Source: Candidatus Poseidoniaceae archaeon
GTDB lineage: Archaea > Thermoplasmatota > Poseidoniia > Poseidoniales > Poseidoniaceae
Assembly: GCA_943788655.1 (NCBI GenBank)
Contig: CALSRB010000002.1
Coordinates: forward strand, 395,081 to 459,080
DNA length: 64,000 nt
Direction: 5' to 3'
The position numbers and the translations under genes were made by a program. Positions 45,553-55,064 of this stretch are shown here, piece after piece (position 1 is the stretch's first letter; every line of letters starts with the position of its first letter). The notes under the pieces are model-generated. The model saw only the letters and a program-made list of their open reading frames with translations. It was not told the DNA's origin and did no database searches.

Positions 45553-46479
45553 TCATGACTCATCTGCTACGGGCAATTCTTCAACGATTCGAAGCGTCCA
45601 CGTGTAGGTGCGTGTGTTTTCCCAAGGGTCTCCATCTTCTGCAATGAGGACTGAAATGGTGTGAGTGCCAAGGTTGAGGCCCGTCTCGGACAGCAACACG
45701 GCAAAGGGCTGATCGCTCTCGCCGTGTGGCAACAGATTGGGCGTTCCTGAACTGTTGTCAAGGGTGCGACCGGTGTTGATTTGTTCCAAACGTTCGTCCC
45801 AAAAGGTTGAGTTGGAGGCGAGTTTCTGATTGCTCGCATCGTTATTATCAAGGCCGACGGAAACTTTGGCACCATCGGAATTTACGTTGTCGGCGAGACC
45901 GAACATCAACCAGACTTCGCCGGAAAGTGTTGCACCTTCCGCCACTGTCCATGTGATTTCACCATCCTTGCCGTTGTCATTGGCAAACACCAATTCTGTA
46001 CCGTCGCTCGTTGCAATGGTCCACTCACCGGACAATTGAGGGGCGACAATGTCGCCCAATGGCGGATTCACAAGCATAAACGAAAGCGCTAGGAATGTGA
46101 ACATGTGTAAGAATCCAGACTTAAACCAAGTCCCACGTGTGTAGTGCTCCATAAACCGCTCGGGCATGACCATGCGGTGAACTTGAGGAATGAGCACGAT
46201 TGCAGCGAGCGGGAGGAGGTAAAGAATGTCAGATTTCTCTGGATCGGTGCGAGGCATCAAGAAATAGCGCATCAACAACGACACCGTCACGGAAAACGTC
46301 AGCACGAGCCACATCGAGGCAGTGTCCGCTCGTTCCTTTGCGACGTACGTCACAGGGTCGAAGGCTTCAATCCCCATGTCTTTCCCAGTCCGGCGTTTTT
46401 TCCGATCTTGGGTTCCATCAGAGGACCTGCGTTTTTGTTCAGCAGCGGCCGCCGCCATCGCAGTATTGAGGTCCACCAT
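45553..46479 (-). CDS. Membrane protein (3 TM) with an extracytoplasmic beta-rich C-terminal domain
   Basis: Start trimmed to an internal Met so as not to overlap tRNA-Met; TM helices WLVLTFSVTVSLLMRYFL, ILYLLPLAAIVLI, FLHMFTFLALSFMLV. Confidence 0.5.
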   Translation of the reverse strand: MVDLNTAMAAAAAEQKRRSSDGTQDRKKRRTGKDMGIEAFDPVTYVAKERADTASMWLVLTFSVTVSLLMRYFLMPRTDPEKSDILYLLPLAAIVLIPQVHRMVMPERFMEHYTRGTWFKSGFLHMFTFLALSFMLVNPPLGDIVAPQLSGEWTIATSDGTELVFANDNGKDGEITWTVAEGATLSGEVWLMFGLADNVNSDGAKVSVGLDNNDASNQKLASNSTFWDERLEQINTGRTLDNSSGTPNLLPHGESDQPFAVLLSETGLNLGTHTISVLIAEDGDPWENTRTYTWTLRIVEELPVADES

Positions 46480-46578
46480 GAACCGCCCTGTGGCGTGAAG
46501 TGAATGAAGGCTACGGTCAAAATACCATCTCGAATCGGCCGTACCCTTCAAAGGGGGAAGGCGGCACGGGGGAACCAA

Positions 46579-46708
46579 GCCGGGGTGGCGTAGTTGGTGG
46601 CGCGTCGGACTCATAGGGCAGCCTTCAAGGCATTCGTATGACGTGCAAACCCCTTGTGGTGTCTGAGACATCCGAAGGTCGCGGGTTCAAGCCCCGCTCC
46701 CGGCACCA
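46579..46708 (+). tRNA. tRNA-Met (or Ile2) with anticodon CAU, containing an approximately 54-nt intron at the canonical 37/38 position; CCA encoded
   Basis: Exon 1 GCCGGGGUGGCGUAGUUGGUGGCGCGUCGGACUCAUA; exon 2 (A)UCCGAAGGUCGCGGGUUCAAGCCCCGCUCCCGGCACCA; acceptor and anticodon stems pair perfectly once 46616-46669 is removed. Confidence 0.8.
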
Positions 46709-46764
46709 ATCTAAATCACAGAGCAGTGAGCATGCTATGCCAATCGCCCCATCCCTTAGCGAGA

Positions 46765-48159
46765 ATGCGAACCCTTGATGTGCCCTCGACCGTTGGCAGA
46801 TTCATGATTGATGCTCCACGTCCCGGTGAACGAGTCAAGATTGAGGTGATCAGCCATAATGGCATCACGACCCTCCAGGGCATCGCATTGCATCCTGCCG
46901 CACCCCGCCACGTTACTCTCAAACTGGTGAACGGCTACAATGCCAGTTATCCACTTGAGGCTGTTGAAACGATTGAAATCATCGGCGAATACAACGCGCC
47001 GCAACCAGCCACGCCTCAAATCATTGAGGCTTCAAACGAGCTTCCCCGTGTAAGGATCCTACACACGGGTGGCACCATTGCATCCAAGGTCGATTATGCG
47101 ACTGGAGCGGTTGTTGCGCGCTTTGAACCTGAAGAACTCGTAGCAAGCCTTCCCGAGTTGTGCGAAATCGCTCAAATCGAAGCGGTGAAACTTGGCAACA
47201 TGTTCAGCGACGACATTCGCCCCCAGCACTGGAACGCGATCATTGCTGCTTCGAAAAAGGCATTCGATGATGGATGCCGAGGTGTTGTGGTGACACACGG
47301 CACCGACACCCTCCACATCACCTCGGCCGCCGTCGGGCTGGCATGGGCAGCGCGAGGCGGGACTGCACCTGGACCAATCGCCTTCGTCGGATCGCAACGC
47401 TCGTCTGACCGCGGTTCCTCAGATGCTGCCGAGAATTTGTTGTGCGCAGTCCACTGGGCTGCAAATGGACCTAAGCCATTGGGCTCGCATGCCGACACCT
47501 CCGTTGTGGTCATGCATGCCAACGCAAATGACGGCGTGTGTTCCGTGCTCCCCGGAACAGGCGTTCGCAAAATGCATTCCTCGAGAAGGGACGCATTCCA
47601 CGCAGTAAACTGTGAGCCACTTGGCATGATTCACATCGAAAACGGTGCCATCCAACACACCCTCCATTCCACCTATGGAGAAGCCATTCAAGACAACCCA
47701 CGGCGAGAGGTAACACAACGACCTGACGCCTACGAGGCTGGCGTTCGAATCGCTCAATTCACGGCAGGGCCGTGGCTGCATGCTGAACAAATTGAGGCCG
47801 TAGCACAAAGCGGCGTTCAAGCCATCGTGATTCACGGAACGGGCCTTGGTCACCTTCCAATCGATGACCCCGGGAAAGATGCCCCAGAAAACACCAAGAT
47901 TTGGCGAACGCTCACCCGATGTGTCAACAGGGAAATACCGATTGTGGTCACCTCCCAGTGTATACATGGCCCGATTGACATGAATGTCTATTCCAAAGGG
48001 CGCAAACAAATCGACATGGGAATCATTGGCCACGGAAGCGTGGCGTCACCTGAAACAATGATTGTGAAGGTCCACTGGGCCTTGTCAAATTCAATGACAG
48101 TTGCGGAAGCGATTGCCACAGATTTAGCTGGAGAAGGGCGGAATACCCTCATGGTCTAA
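46765..48159 (+). CDS. gatD: Glutamyl-tRNA(Gln) amidotransferase subunit D (GatD; asparaginase-like)
   Basis: HTGGTIAS, GVVVTHGTDT asparaginase motifs plus the archaeal GatD N-terminal domain; start trimmed to ATG 46765 to clear the tRNA. Confidence 0.85.
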   Translation: MRTLDVPSTVGRFMIDAPRPGERVKIEVISHNGITTLQGIALHPAAPRHVTLKLVNGYNASYPLEAVETIEIIGEYNAPQPATPQIIEASNELPRVRILHTGGTIASKVDYATGAVVARFEPEELVASLPELCEIAQIEAVKLGNMFSDDIRPQHWNAIIAASKKAFDDGCRGVVVTHGTDTLHITSAAVGLAWAARGGTAPGPIAFVGSQRSSDRGSSDAAENLLCAVHWAANGPKPLGSHADTSVVVMHANANDGVCSVLPGTGVRKMHSSRRDAFHAVNCEPLGMIHIENGAIQHTLHSTYGEAIQDNPRREVTQRPDAYEAGVRIAQFTAGPWLHAEQIEAVAQSGVQAIVIHGTGLGHLPIDDPGKDAPENTKIWRTLTRCVNREIPIVVTSQCIHGPIDMNVYSKGRKQIDMGIIGHGSVASPETMIVKVHWALSNSMTVAEAIATDLAGEGRNTLMV

Positions 48160-48196
48160 GCGTTTTAATCAAAAACCGAGACGGAGTGGAGATGGT

Positions 48197-49759
48197 ATGG
48201 CAGGGAACTCGAGTGACCGTCTCGAAGACCTCCAGTTCAAGCGCGAACAGGCTCGGCTTGGTGGAGGATTGAAGCGTCAGGAGGCCATTCGAGCGAGTGG
48301 CAGAGGCACAGCACGTGACCGAATTGGACTGCTGCTTGATGAAGGGTCATTCATCGAAATCGATTCTTTCGTGACCCATCGAACAACCGACAATGGAATG
48401 TTCTTGCACCACACCATCGGTGATGGCGTTGTTGCTGGACATGGAACAATCGAAGGGCGTCGGGTCTATTGCTTCGCACAGGATTTCAGCGTCCACGGCG
48501 GCAGCATGGGAGAAATGCATGCTAAGAAAATCGCAAAAGTGGTTGAGATGGCGGATCGTGTCAAAGCCCCGATCATCGGATTGTGGGACGGTGGAGGTCA
48601 GCGCGCCCACGATGGCGTGGCTGCACTTGCAGGCACTGGCGAGTTGCTTGACAGGCTTGTCCAATGCAGCGGCCGCATCCCAATGATTTCACTTGTCCTC
48701 GGACCAGTTGTTGGCGTTTCCGCGCTTGCCGCCAGCCTTGCAGATTTCACCATCCTCGGAGAAGAACATGGACAACTGTTCCTGTCCTCACCTCTTGAAA
48801 CACCAGAGGTGATCGACGGCGAAGTGGATGCTGCAGGTCTTGGCGGAGCCAACCTTCATGCCTCTCGCTCTGGTATTGCCTGCATGATTGCAGAAGATGA
48901 AGAGGACGCCTGCACATTGGCCACTGAGATCCTCTCCTTCTTGCCCGACCACAACATGGCAGACCCCCCAGTTGAAGAAACAGCTGACCCCAAAACCCGG
49001 AAGAACACCGTTCTCGAAACCCTCGTGCCCGATAATCCAAACAAGCCCTATGACATGGTCAAGGTGGTTGAAGAAATCGTTGACGACGGAATCTTTGTCG
49101 AGTTATTCGAAGCCTATGCAGACAACATCATCATTGGCTTTGCTCGACTGGAAGGACGCACGATTGGAGTGGTTGGGAACCAACCAAAGGTCCTTGCGGG
49201 TTGTCTTGACATCGATGCATCAATCAAAGCAGCCCGATTTATTCGAACCTGTGATGCATTCAACATTCCGCTGGTCACCTTTGAAGATGTACCTGGATTC
49301 CTACCGGGTGTCGTCCAAGAATGGGGTGGTATCATTCGACATGGGGCAAAATTGTTGTTTGCCTATGCCGAAGCAACGGTGCCGAAATTAACGCTGGTCA
49401 CACGCAAAGCCTACGGGGGCGCTTACCTTGCCATGTCTTGCAAGCACTTGCAAAGCGATTACAACGTTGCGTGGCCAACTGCCGAACTTGCCGTTATGGG
49501 CGCAGATGGAGCAGTCAGCATCATTCATCGACGAGAAATCAACGCTGTTCCAGATGAGGAAAAGGAAGGCGTTCGACAGAAACTCGTGGCAGAGTACAAG
49601 GCCAAATTCGGCGATCCATATGTGGCAGCTCGAAATGGTTGGCTGGATGATGTCATCGAACCTGAAGAGAGCCGTATGCGCCTTTGCCGGGCCCTCAACA
49701 TCCTCCGCTCAAAGCGTGAATGGAGCCCACCAAAGAAGCACGGCAACATCCCGCTGTGA
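48197..49759 (+). CDS. Acyl-CoA carboxylase carboxyltransferase subunit (propionyl-/methylmalonyl-CoA carboxyltransferase)
   Basis: Crotonase-fold tandem CT domains; 520 aa; motif-level resemblance to PccB/methylmalonyl-CoA decarboxylase alpha. Confidence 0.8.
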   Translation: MAGNSSDRLEDLQFKREQARLGGGLKRQEAIRASGRGTARDRIGLLLDEGSFIEIDSFVTHRTTDNGMFLHHTIGDGVVAGHGTIEGRRVYCFAQDFSVHGGSMGEMHAKKIAKVVEMADRVKAPIIGLWDGGGQRAHDGVAALAGTGELLDRLVQCSGRIPMISLVLGPVVGVSALAASLADFTILGEEHGQLFLSSPLETPEVIDGEVDAAGLGGANLHASRSGIACMIAEDEEDACTLATEILSFLPDHNMADPPVEETADPKTRKNTVLETLVPDNPNKPYDMVKVVEEIVDDGIFVELFEAYADNIIIGFARLEGRTIGVVGNQPKVLAGCLDIDASIKAARFIRTCDAFNIPLVTFEDVPGFLPGVVQEWGGIIRHGAKLLFAYAEATVPKLTLVTRKAYGGAYLAMSCKHLQSDYNVAWPTAELAVMGADGAVSIIHRREINAVPDEEKEGVRQKLVAEYKAKFGDPYVAARNGWLDDVIEPEESRMRLCRALNILRSKREWSPPKKHGNIPL

Positions 49760-52537
49760 TCACTGCTTTGCCCGCGCACGAGCAAGCAATCCACCTGCTT
49801 CCGCCTCGCTTGCTTCCACAGAAGCCGGAGCTTCTTCTGTTGCGAACTCAGTCACCTGTCCAGATCCTTGACGACGGGAAAGCAGGACAATGATGACCAC
49901 GGCAAGCAGAAGTATTGCGCCTATGGCACCGATTGTGACGAGCGGGAGAGCGCCTGCTGGATCCTCAGTCTGCACGACTGGAGCGGAATTGTCTGTACCT
50001 CCTGAGAGATTGACAGTGAGATAGGCTACAGATTCCATGCCGAGATCTGCATCAATCACAGCGACTCGCAACTCAACCGTACCGTTCGCATTCACAGGGT
50101 ATTCGATGAACGTGAGGCAGCGGTTGGTTGCTGTGGATTGATCAAGGCTGCAGGAATGACTCAAGTTCTCGAGCATTGTGCCAGCCACTGAAATATTTGC
50201 TTCTGATGGTATTACACCATCAGGATCGTAGACCCACCACATCAATCCGCCGGAACGCTCGTCCACTGCATTGAGTTCTTTGATGGACACAGCAGGTGCA
50301 TCCGGCATGGCGATTACCGTGATGTTGAGCCTGGCAGCATGTGTGTTTTCGCCATCGCTAACATTGAGATAGATTGCATCCTCGAAGCCATAGTAATCCA
50401 TATTGCCGCTGATGATGATTTGTGAGGCTGCACGAACCACATCCACATTCATTGATGAATCGCCAATTGTCCAAAACAGCACATCACCATCGATGTCCCA
50501 AGCCATTTCACTGAGATTTAGTGCTTTAGAATCGTCTTCATTGAGTTCAATGTTCCAGTATGAAGCGTTGATTGTCATAGCGTCATTCACCGGCTCGACA
50601 TACACAGGCACGTCGAGTTCAACAGGAAGGTTGACGCCATCGCCCACCAACAGGTGAAGCACTGAGGCCCCGTTCATGTTGAGGCGTGGTGTGATGGTCA
50701 ACACCCCTTCAGAGATGATGAAATCGATCGGACCGTAAGGCCCTTGGGTCTCGCCAGATATGCTTGCGATCAAGACTTCACCTTCAGGATCGTTTGCGTA
50801 ATCTGAGAGAACAACGGATGTTGAAGCGCCATCCTCAACCATATTTTGCATGGGTACAGTTTGGGTCACGACCACTGCATCATCAACTGGGACAATTCGA
50901 ATCATTGCTTCGACTTCGGCTTCGTCGACAACACCGTCGCCATCAGCTCGCAGGTGCAGCCGGACATCTGCACCATCGACATACTCGCCCGGCGCTGTGT
51001 GGAAGACAATCATCGTGTATCCATCAGAACTAATGGATGTGCTGAAGTTCCCAACTGCACCACCGGTGAGTTCTGCCTCAACAAATAACACATCTTGCCC
51101 ATCAGGGTCGAAGGCAAAAAGCGAGGCATCGATTTCAATGCTTCCACGTTGTTCAACATCGATAAACGGCACAGGGGCAGTGAGAGAAAGGGGGGCATCA
51201 GATCTGTTGAAGGGTTGATGCAAGATTATTGGCGCACCCTCCACTCGAATTTCCAAATGGAATTGGTGAGGCCCCGGTGCCACATCAGCCATCGGGAACA
51301 AGCACTCTGCCTCGCCGTTGCTCAGCAAGGCCCCCGTGAATGGCGTCATTCCAACGATGGCGCAGACAATCTCCACTGACCAATCAGACGGTAGTTCGTC
51401 GTGTGTTGTCCCATCTCGAAGGGTCCATGGAACGCGCCAATTCACGGTTTCGGAGGTATTGAACGATGTCCGATTTGCAGGGGCAAATGTGTTGTTCCCA
51501 GTCAGCACAAGGGCGCTGCCTGCAAGATTTTCCGCAAGATAGGCATTCGGATCGCTCAAGGTATTAGCATCGGTTGGCCGATTCGTCGCCGCTCTGAACG
51601 AGCCATGATCGCCTCTCAATGTGAGGTCGAGGTACGGCACGAGGTGATTGGCCGTGCGCTCAATTTGCAGTTCTTGGGAGATGGATGCATCTTCGTCTGC
51701 CAACGATTCGAAGAATGAGGTTGATGCTTGAAATTGGTAATGATTGGCTCCGAGAAGTTGCATTGCGTGCCATCCGAGGTCATTGGTTCCGTTCAGGACC
51801 GCCGTTACATCATTGAATTCAGCGACTCCATCGAGTGTTCCCGTGATGAAGAGTCCAGTTGATGGTTGTGCGACATCGACCGTCCAACCTTCGGGAGCGA
51901 GGTCCGTCCAGTGATTGCCTTCATCCCAAGAGGAAAAATCTGTACCCAATCCAAACACGCCACGGGGCGGTTGGGCATTTGGCGTGGCATCCCGTTCATT
52001 CCAAAATGGCATGACGGCATAGGCTGCAGCAGCACCATGGCCGTGACCACCAAGGCCCCAGTGGTCCAAATCAATTTGACCAAAAGATCCCGTTAGAGCA
52101 TCAGTGGACTCATTGAGGGTGACCATCAATTCGTACCCTATTTGGATGGACGACAGGATGGAATCGAAATCTGTTGCCTCAGAGACACCTTCGTGGACAA
52201 CAACAATGTGGCCACGCTTTGCAAGGGAAGACCCCAATAGCATGTACTGCTCCATGTTTTCACCATCATCCCCGATGAATTGGACCCAAGTAAAAGGGCC
52301 ATTGCCAGCCATGTTTTCACCCTCACCATCGGCCATTGCGGGATAAATCACTTGCATCTGAGTTTGAGCGGCACCTCCGCCTTGATACCCGGTAATCCAG
52401 CCCACTGGGAAATCAACACCCTCGTGCTTTGGAACAAATGGTAAGGCCTCATCGGGATGGTCTGCTGCAACGCTGTGAAAAGGCACAACGAAGAGCAGAG
52501 CAACGACAAGAAGACAGCGGAAACTTGTTGCGTTCAT
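49760..52537 (-). CDS. Large secreted protein (925 aa) with a possible alpha/beta-hydrolase-like N-domain (nucleophile motif degenerate: GGHGHG), beta-rich repeats and a C-terminal TM anchor
   Basis: Signal MNATSFRCLLVVALLFVVPFHSVAA; C-terminal IGAIGAILLLAVVIIVLL followed by SRRQ; the tail lacks the WW-like motif. Confidence 0.7.
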   Translation of the reverse strand: MNATSFRCLLVVALLFVVPFHSVAADHPDEALPFVPKHEGVDFPVGWITGYQGGGAAQTQMQVIYPAMADGEGENMAGNGPFTWVQFIGDDGENMEQYMLLGSSLAKRGHIVVVHEGVSEATDFDSILSSIQIGYELMVTLNESTDALTGSFGQIDLDHWGLGGHGHGAAAAYAVMPFWNERDATPNAQPPRGVFGLGTDFSSWDEGNHWTDLAPEGWTVDVAQPSTGLFITGTLDGVAEFNDVTAVLNGTNDLGWHAMQLLGANHYQFQASTSFFESLADEDASISQELQIERTANHLVPYLDLTLRGDHGSFRAATNRPTDANTLSDPNAYLAENLAGSALVLTGNNTFAPANRTSFNTSETVNWRVPWTLRDGTTHDELPSDWSVEIVCAIVGMTPFTGALLSNGEAECLFPMADVAPGPHQFHLEIRVEGAPIILHQPFNRSDAPLSLTAPVPFIDVEQRGSIEIDASLFAFDPDGQDVLFVEAELTGGAVGNFSTSISSDGYTMIVFHTAPGEYVDGADVRLHLRADGDGVVDEAEVEAMIRIVPVDDAVVVTQTVPMQNMVEDGASTSVVLSDYANDPEGEVLIASISGETQGPYGPIDFIISEGVLTITPRLNMNGASVLHLLVGDGVNLPVELDVPVYVEPVNDAMTINASYWNIELNEDDSKALNLSEMAWDIDGDVLFWTIGDSSMNVDVVRAASQIIISGNMDYYGFEDAIYLNVSDGENTHAARLNITVIAMPDAPAVSIKELNAVDERSGGLMWWVYDPDGVIPSEANISVAGTMLENLSHSCSLDQSTATNRCLTFIEYPVNANGTVELRVAVIDADLGMESVAYLTVNLSGGTDNSAPVVQTEDPAGALPLVTIGAIGAILLLAVVIIVLLSRRQGSGQVTEFATEEAPASVEASEAEAGGLLARARAKQ

Positions 52538-52588
52538 GTGCGACCCTCCGAGATTTGCTTGCGTCGGACAAATATGAGTCTTGTTCCG

Positions 52589-53605
52589 TCATGCATACGA
52601 ATGAAGCAAGGCCTCTGCGTGAATGAGTTGCGTAAGGAGAAGGTCGATCGAGGGCAAAATGTGTGCGAGGTGAGGTGCCCAAAGGGTGGCCCAGCACGAC
52701 AAATGTTGAGCGACGAGCATCCATCGACCGTTCAATTGAGGCGGTTGCATCGCATTCAGCATGCTCTCGACATCCCCCTCAAATAAAGCATAGGCCGCGT
52801 TGAGCAGCAGAGGGGCTTGGGCGGCTGCAATCTCAGGATCAAAATTGACACCAAAGACCGCATCCTTCGCAGAACCCGTGCACCGTGCAAGCAATTCATC
52901 AGGAAGAGTTCGACGTGATTTAGCAACGTGCACTTGACCGCCTGCATCAAGCCATGTGGAGGCGACCGAGCGTGCAGCACCTCCACCGCCACACAGGGAA
53001 AGAACGGGATGAGATGAAAAGGAAATTCCGAAGTGTTGAGCGAGGCCAACCACACCGGCACCATCCAAACCTGCGCACCACCATCCTTGCCCGTCCCACC
53101 GAAGGGCATTCACTGATTGGTAGTTCATCGAATCGTCAATCGCTGAAACGGCGGTGCTTGACAATTGATGTTTGAGGGGCGAAGTTAGATTTACCCAGAT
53201 TTCATTGCTAAGAAACCCCGTAGGAAGAGGTAGTTTCCGGCCCATAGTTACTGAACGAGCCGCCAATGAAACCGCCACCTCGCCGGTTGGTGCGAACCGA
53301 TCATCTGCGTCCTCAACCGCCATGCCGGCTTCAATTGCTTTGGCGAGAAGGCCTGTTGTGCGAAATTTACCAAATGGTGCGTTTGTGTACGCCCAATCTG
53401 GCGCAGTGGGCACAGAGCCAGCATACCCCCAAGCCAGTGCGTCTTCAATCGTCGAGGTAGGAACAAGATCGGTGTTTTTCAACTTCAAATTAAATTCCTT
53501 CTTACCAAGTAAGTCCAACATTCTGGCGTGTACTAAGCCAAGCAGGAGGGGCGATAATGAATGAGCAACTGGGTCGCCCGCAACCGCATAACGAACCTCA
53601 CCCAT
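52589..53605 (-). CDS. aroE: Shikimate 5-dehydrogenase (AroE) with an approximately 100-aa insertion
   Basis: RYAVAGDPVAHSLSPLL (GxPIxHSxSP), degenerate NTD motif (NALRWDGQGWWCAGLDGAG), Rossmann motif LCGGGGAARSV, C-terminal MLVAQ; start at the Met matching the E. coli AroE N-terminus. Confidence 0.65.
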   Translation of the reverse strand: MGEVRYAVAGDPVAHSLSPLLLGLVHARMLDLLGKKEFNLKLKNTDLVPTSTIEDALAWGYAGSVPTAPDWAYTNAPFGKFRTTGLLAKAIEAGMAVEDADDRFAPTGEVAVSLAARSVTMGRKLPLPTGFLSNEIWVNLTSPLKHQLSSTAVSAIDDSMNYQSVNALRWDGQGWWCAGLDGAGVVGLAQHFGISFSSHPVLSLCGGGGAARSVASTWLDAGGQVHVAKSRRTLPDELLARCTGSAKDAVFGVNFDPEIAAAQAPLLLNAAYALFEGDVESMLNAMQPPQLNGRWMLVAQHLSCWATLWAPHLAHILPSIDLLLTQLIHAEALLHSYA

Positions 53606-53699
53606 GAGGCGAACACAGGGTTCAACACCTTCAACCTCTCCCTCAAAAAACACACCAGTCGGGATAGATTTCAAAAGGGAGGCATCCCTAGGTATTTCC

Positions 53700-54056
53700 A
53701 TGCAAGCGAATGTCGAAGGAGCAAAGTCTGGCTTAATTTCGTTGCTAACGGGGCTCCTCGGTTTGTACTTCACTGCATCGATGTGGATGGAACTGCAAGA
53801 TTCCCTCGGAATCTTGATCGGCGCACCATTGGCAGTTGTTGTTACCACAACGATGCTCATCATTTTTCAATCTAAGAAGCAACAAAAAGAAATTAGCCTC
53901 AACGGAAGTTACGATCTGCATGAGTCATTTCTCAATGAAAACAATGACCCCTTGGGCACACAAAAGGGTCGCAACCCAGTGATGTTCATCGTCATGCTTT
54001 ACATGCTTGTGGTGTTGATTAACGAAGCCGCTGGAACTGGACTGATCTTCAACTAA
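53700..54056 (+). CDS. Small membrane protein (3 TM)
   Basis: Hydrophobic ORF upstream of the nfeD-flotillin pair; start chosen to avoid antisense overlap with aroE. Confidence 0.3.
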   Translation: MQANVEGAKSGLISLLTGLLGLYFTASMWMELQDSLGILIGAPLAVVVTTTMLIIFQSKKQQKEISLNGSYDLHESFLNENNDPLGTQKGRNPVMFIVMLYMLVVLINEAAGTGLIFN

Positions 54057-54057
54057 G

Positions 54058-54318
54058 GTGCAGACGATGGCCGGATTGATGGACGTCTTCCTGATGAAGG
54101 AACGCGTAAATGAAGGGGCAAACCCGATTTTCATCATCCTCGAGAAAGCCTCAATCTTGATTGCGTTACTGATCGTCGTTGTCCTCGCTGTCGCTCTAGA
54201 GTTGCCGGATTGGGGCGTTGGAATTGTGGTCGGCATTTCGCTTGGACCGATTGTCTATGGGCATTACTATTTCATTTACATTCGTCCACTTCGCGCAAAG
54301 AAGTTAGGAGAAGATTGA
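54058..54318 (+). CDS. Small membrane protein (2 TM)
   Basis: 86 aa, two hydrophobic helices, same strand as downstream nfeD. Confidence 0.35.
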   Translation: MQTMAGLMDVFLMKERVNEGANPIFIILEKASILIALLIVVVLAVALELPDWGVGIVVGISLGPIVYGHYYFIYIRPLRAKKLGED

Positions 54319-54352
54319 AGTCCTAAGCGCTTATGTTCAATCAGGTGACACA

Positions 54353-54973
54353 ATGAGTGTACTTTCTAATTTCCTCGAACTCATCGGCTTAGGAGACATC
54401 ACTGGCATCGATGTCTTATTCGCAGCAATGGCCATCGTAGGGACCTTTTTGTTCCTCATTTATTTCGCACTGATTCTGATTGGTGGGGTCGCTGACGGAG
54501 CTCTTGGCGCAGTTGGCGTTGATATTGATCTTGAAATGGGGGCAGAGGGCGTCTTCAACATGCTCACAATTCAAGGATTGCTGAGTTTCCTGATGATGTT
54601 TGGAATTTTTGGTCTTGCAGTCAATATGGAAACAGAAATACCTACTCTTGCGATTTTGGCTGGAACGATTGCGGGGACAATCTCAATGTGGCTCATTGGC
54701 AAGGTGTTTCAAATGTTGAGGAGTCTCGAAGTCGACGCAACGGTCCAACACAAACAAGCAATCGGCGCTCAGGGCCAGGTCTACATGACCATTCACCCTG
54801 GTCAAACTGGCCAAGTGCAGGTTGAGTTCCAGAGCGCACTCCGCACTTGCTCTGCCGTACTTGAAGATGATTCAGCAACACTTGAAACAGGTAAATTTGT
54901 TGAGGTGGTCCGAACCATCGGAGAAACGCTCATTGTTCGAGAATTAAGCCTCAAAGAGATTGCATCCGAATGA
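54353..54973 (+). CDS. NfeD-like membrane protein (short form; C-terminal OB-fold)
   Basis: N-terminal TM segments plus a C-terminal beta-barrel (GQVYMTIHPGQTGQVQVEF...VVRTIGETLIVREL), immediately upstream of flotillin: the classic NfeD-SPFH operon. Confidence 0.75.
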   Translation: MSVLSNFLELIGLGDITGIDVLFAAMAIVGTFLFLIYFALILIGGVADGALGAVGVDIDLEMGAEGVFNMLTIQGLLSFLMMFGIFGLAVNMETEIPTLAILAGTIAGTISMWLIGKVFQMLRSLEVDATVQHKQAIGAQGQVYMTIHPGQTGQVQVEFQSALRTCSAVLEDDSATLETGKFVEVVRTIGETLIVRELSLKEIASE

Positions 54974-55064
54974 ACCCATTTGTCGATGTGAGCCGAGTAG
55001 GGCTTTTTTCAGGGATATACTGAGACGGGTGAAAGGTCATAAAGGACTGTACGCATGGAAGAAC

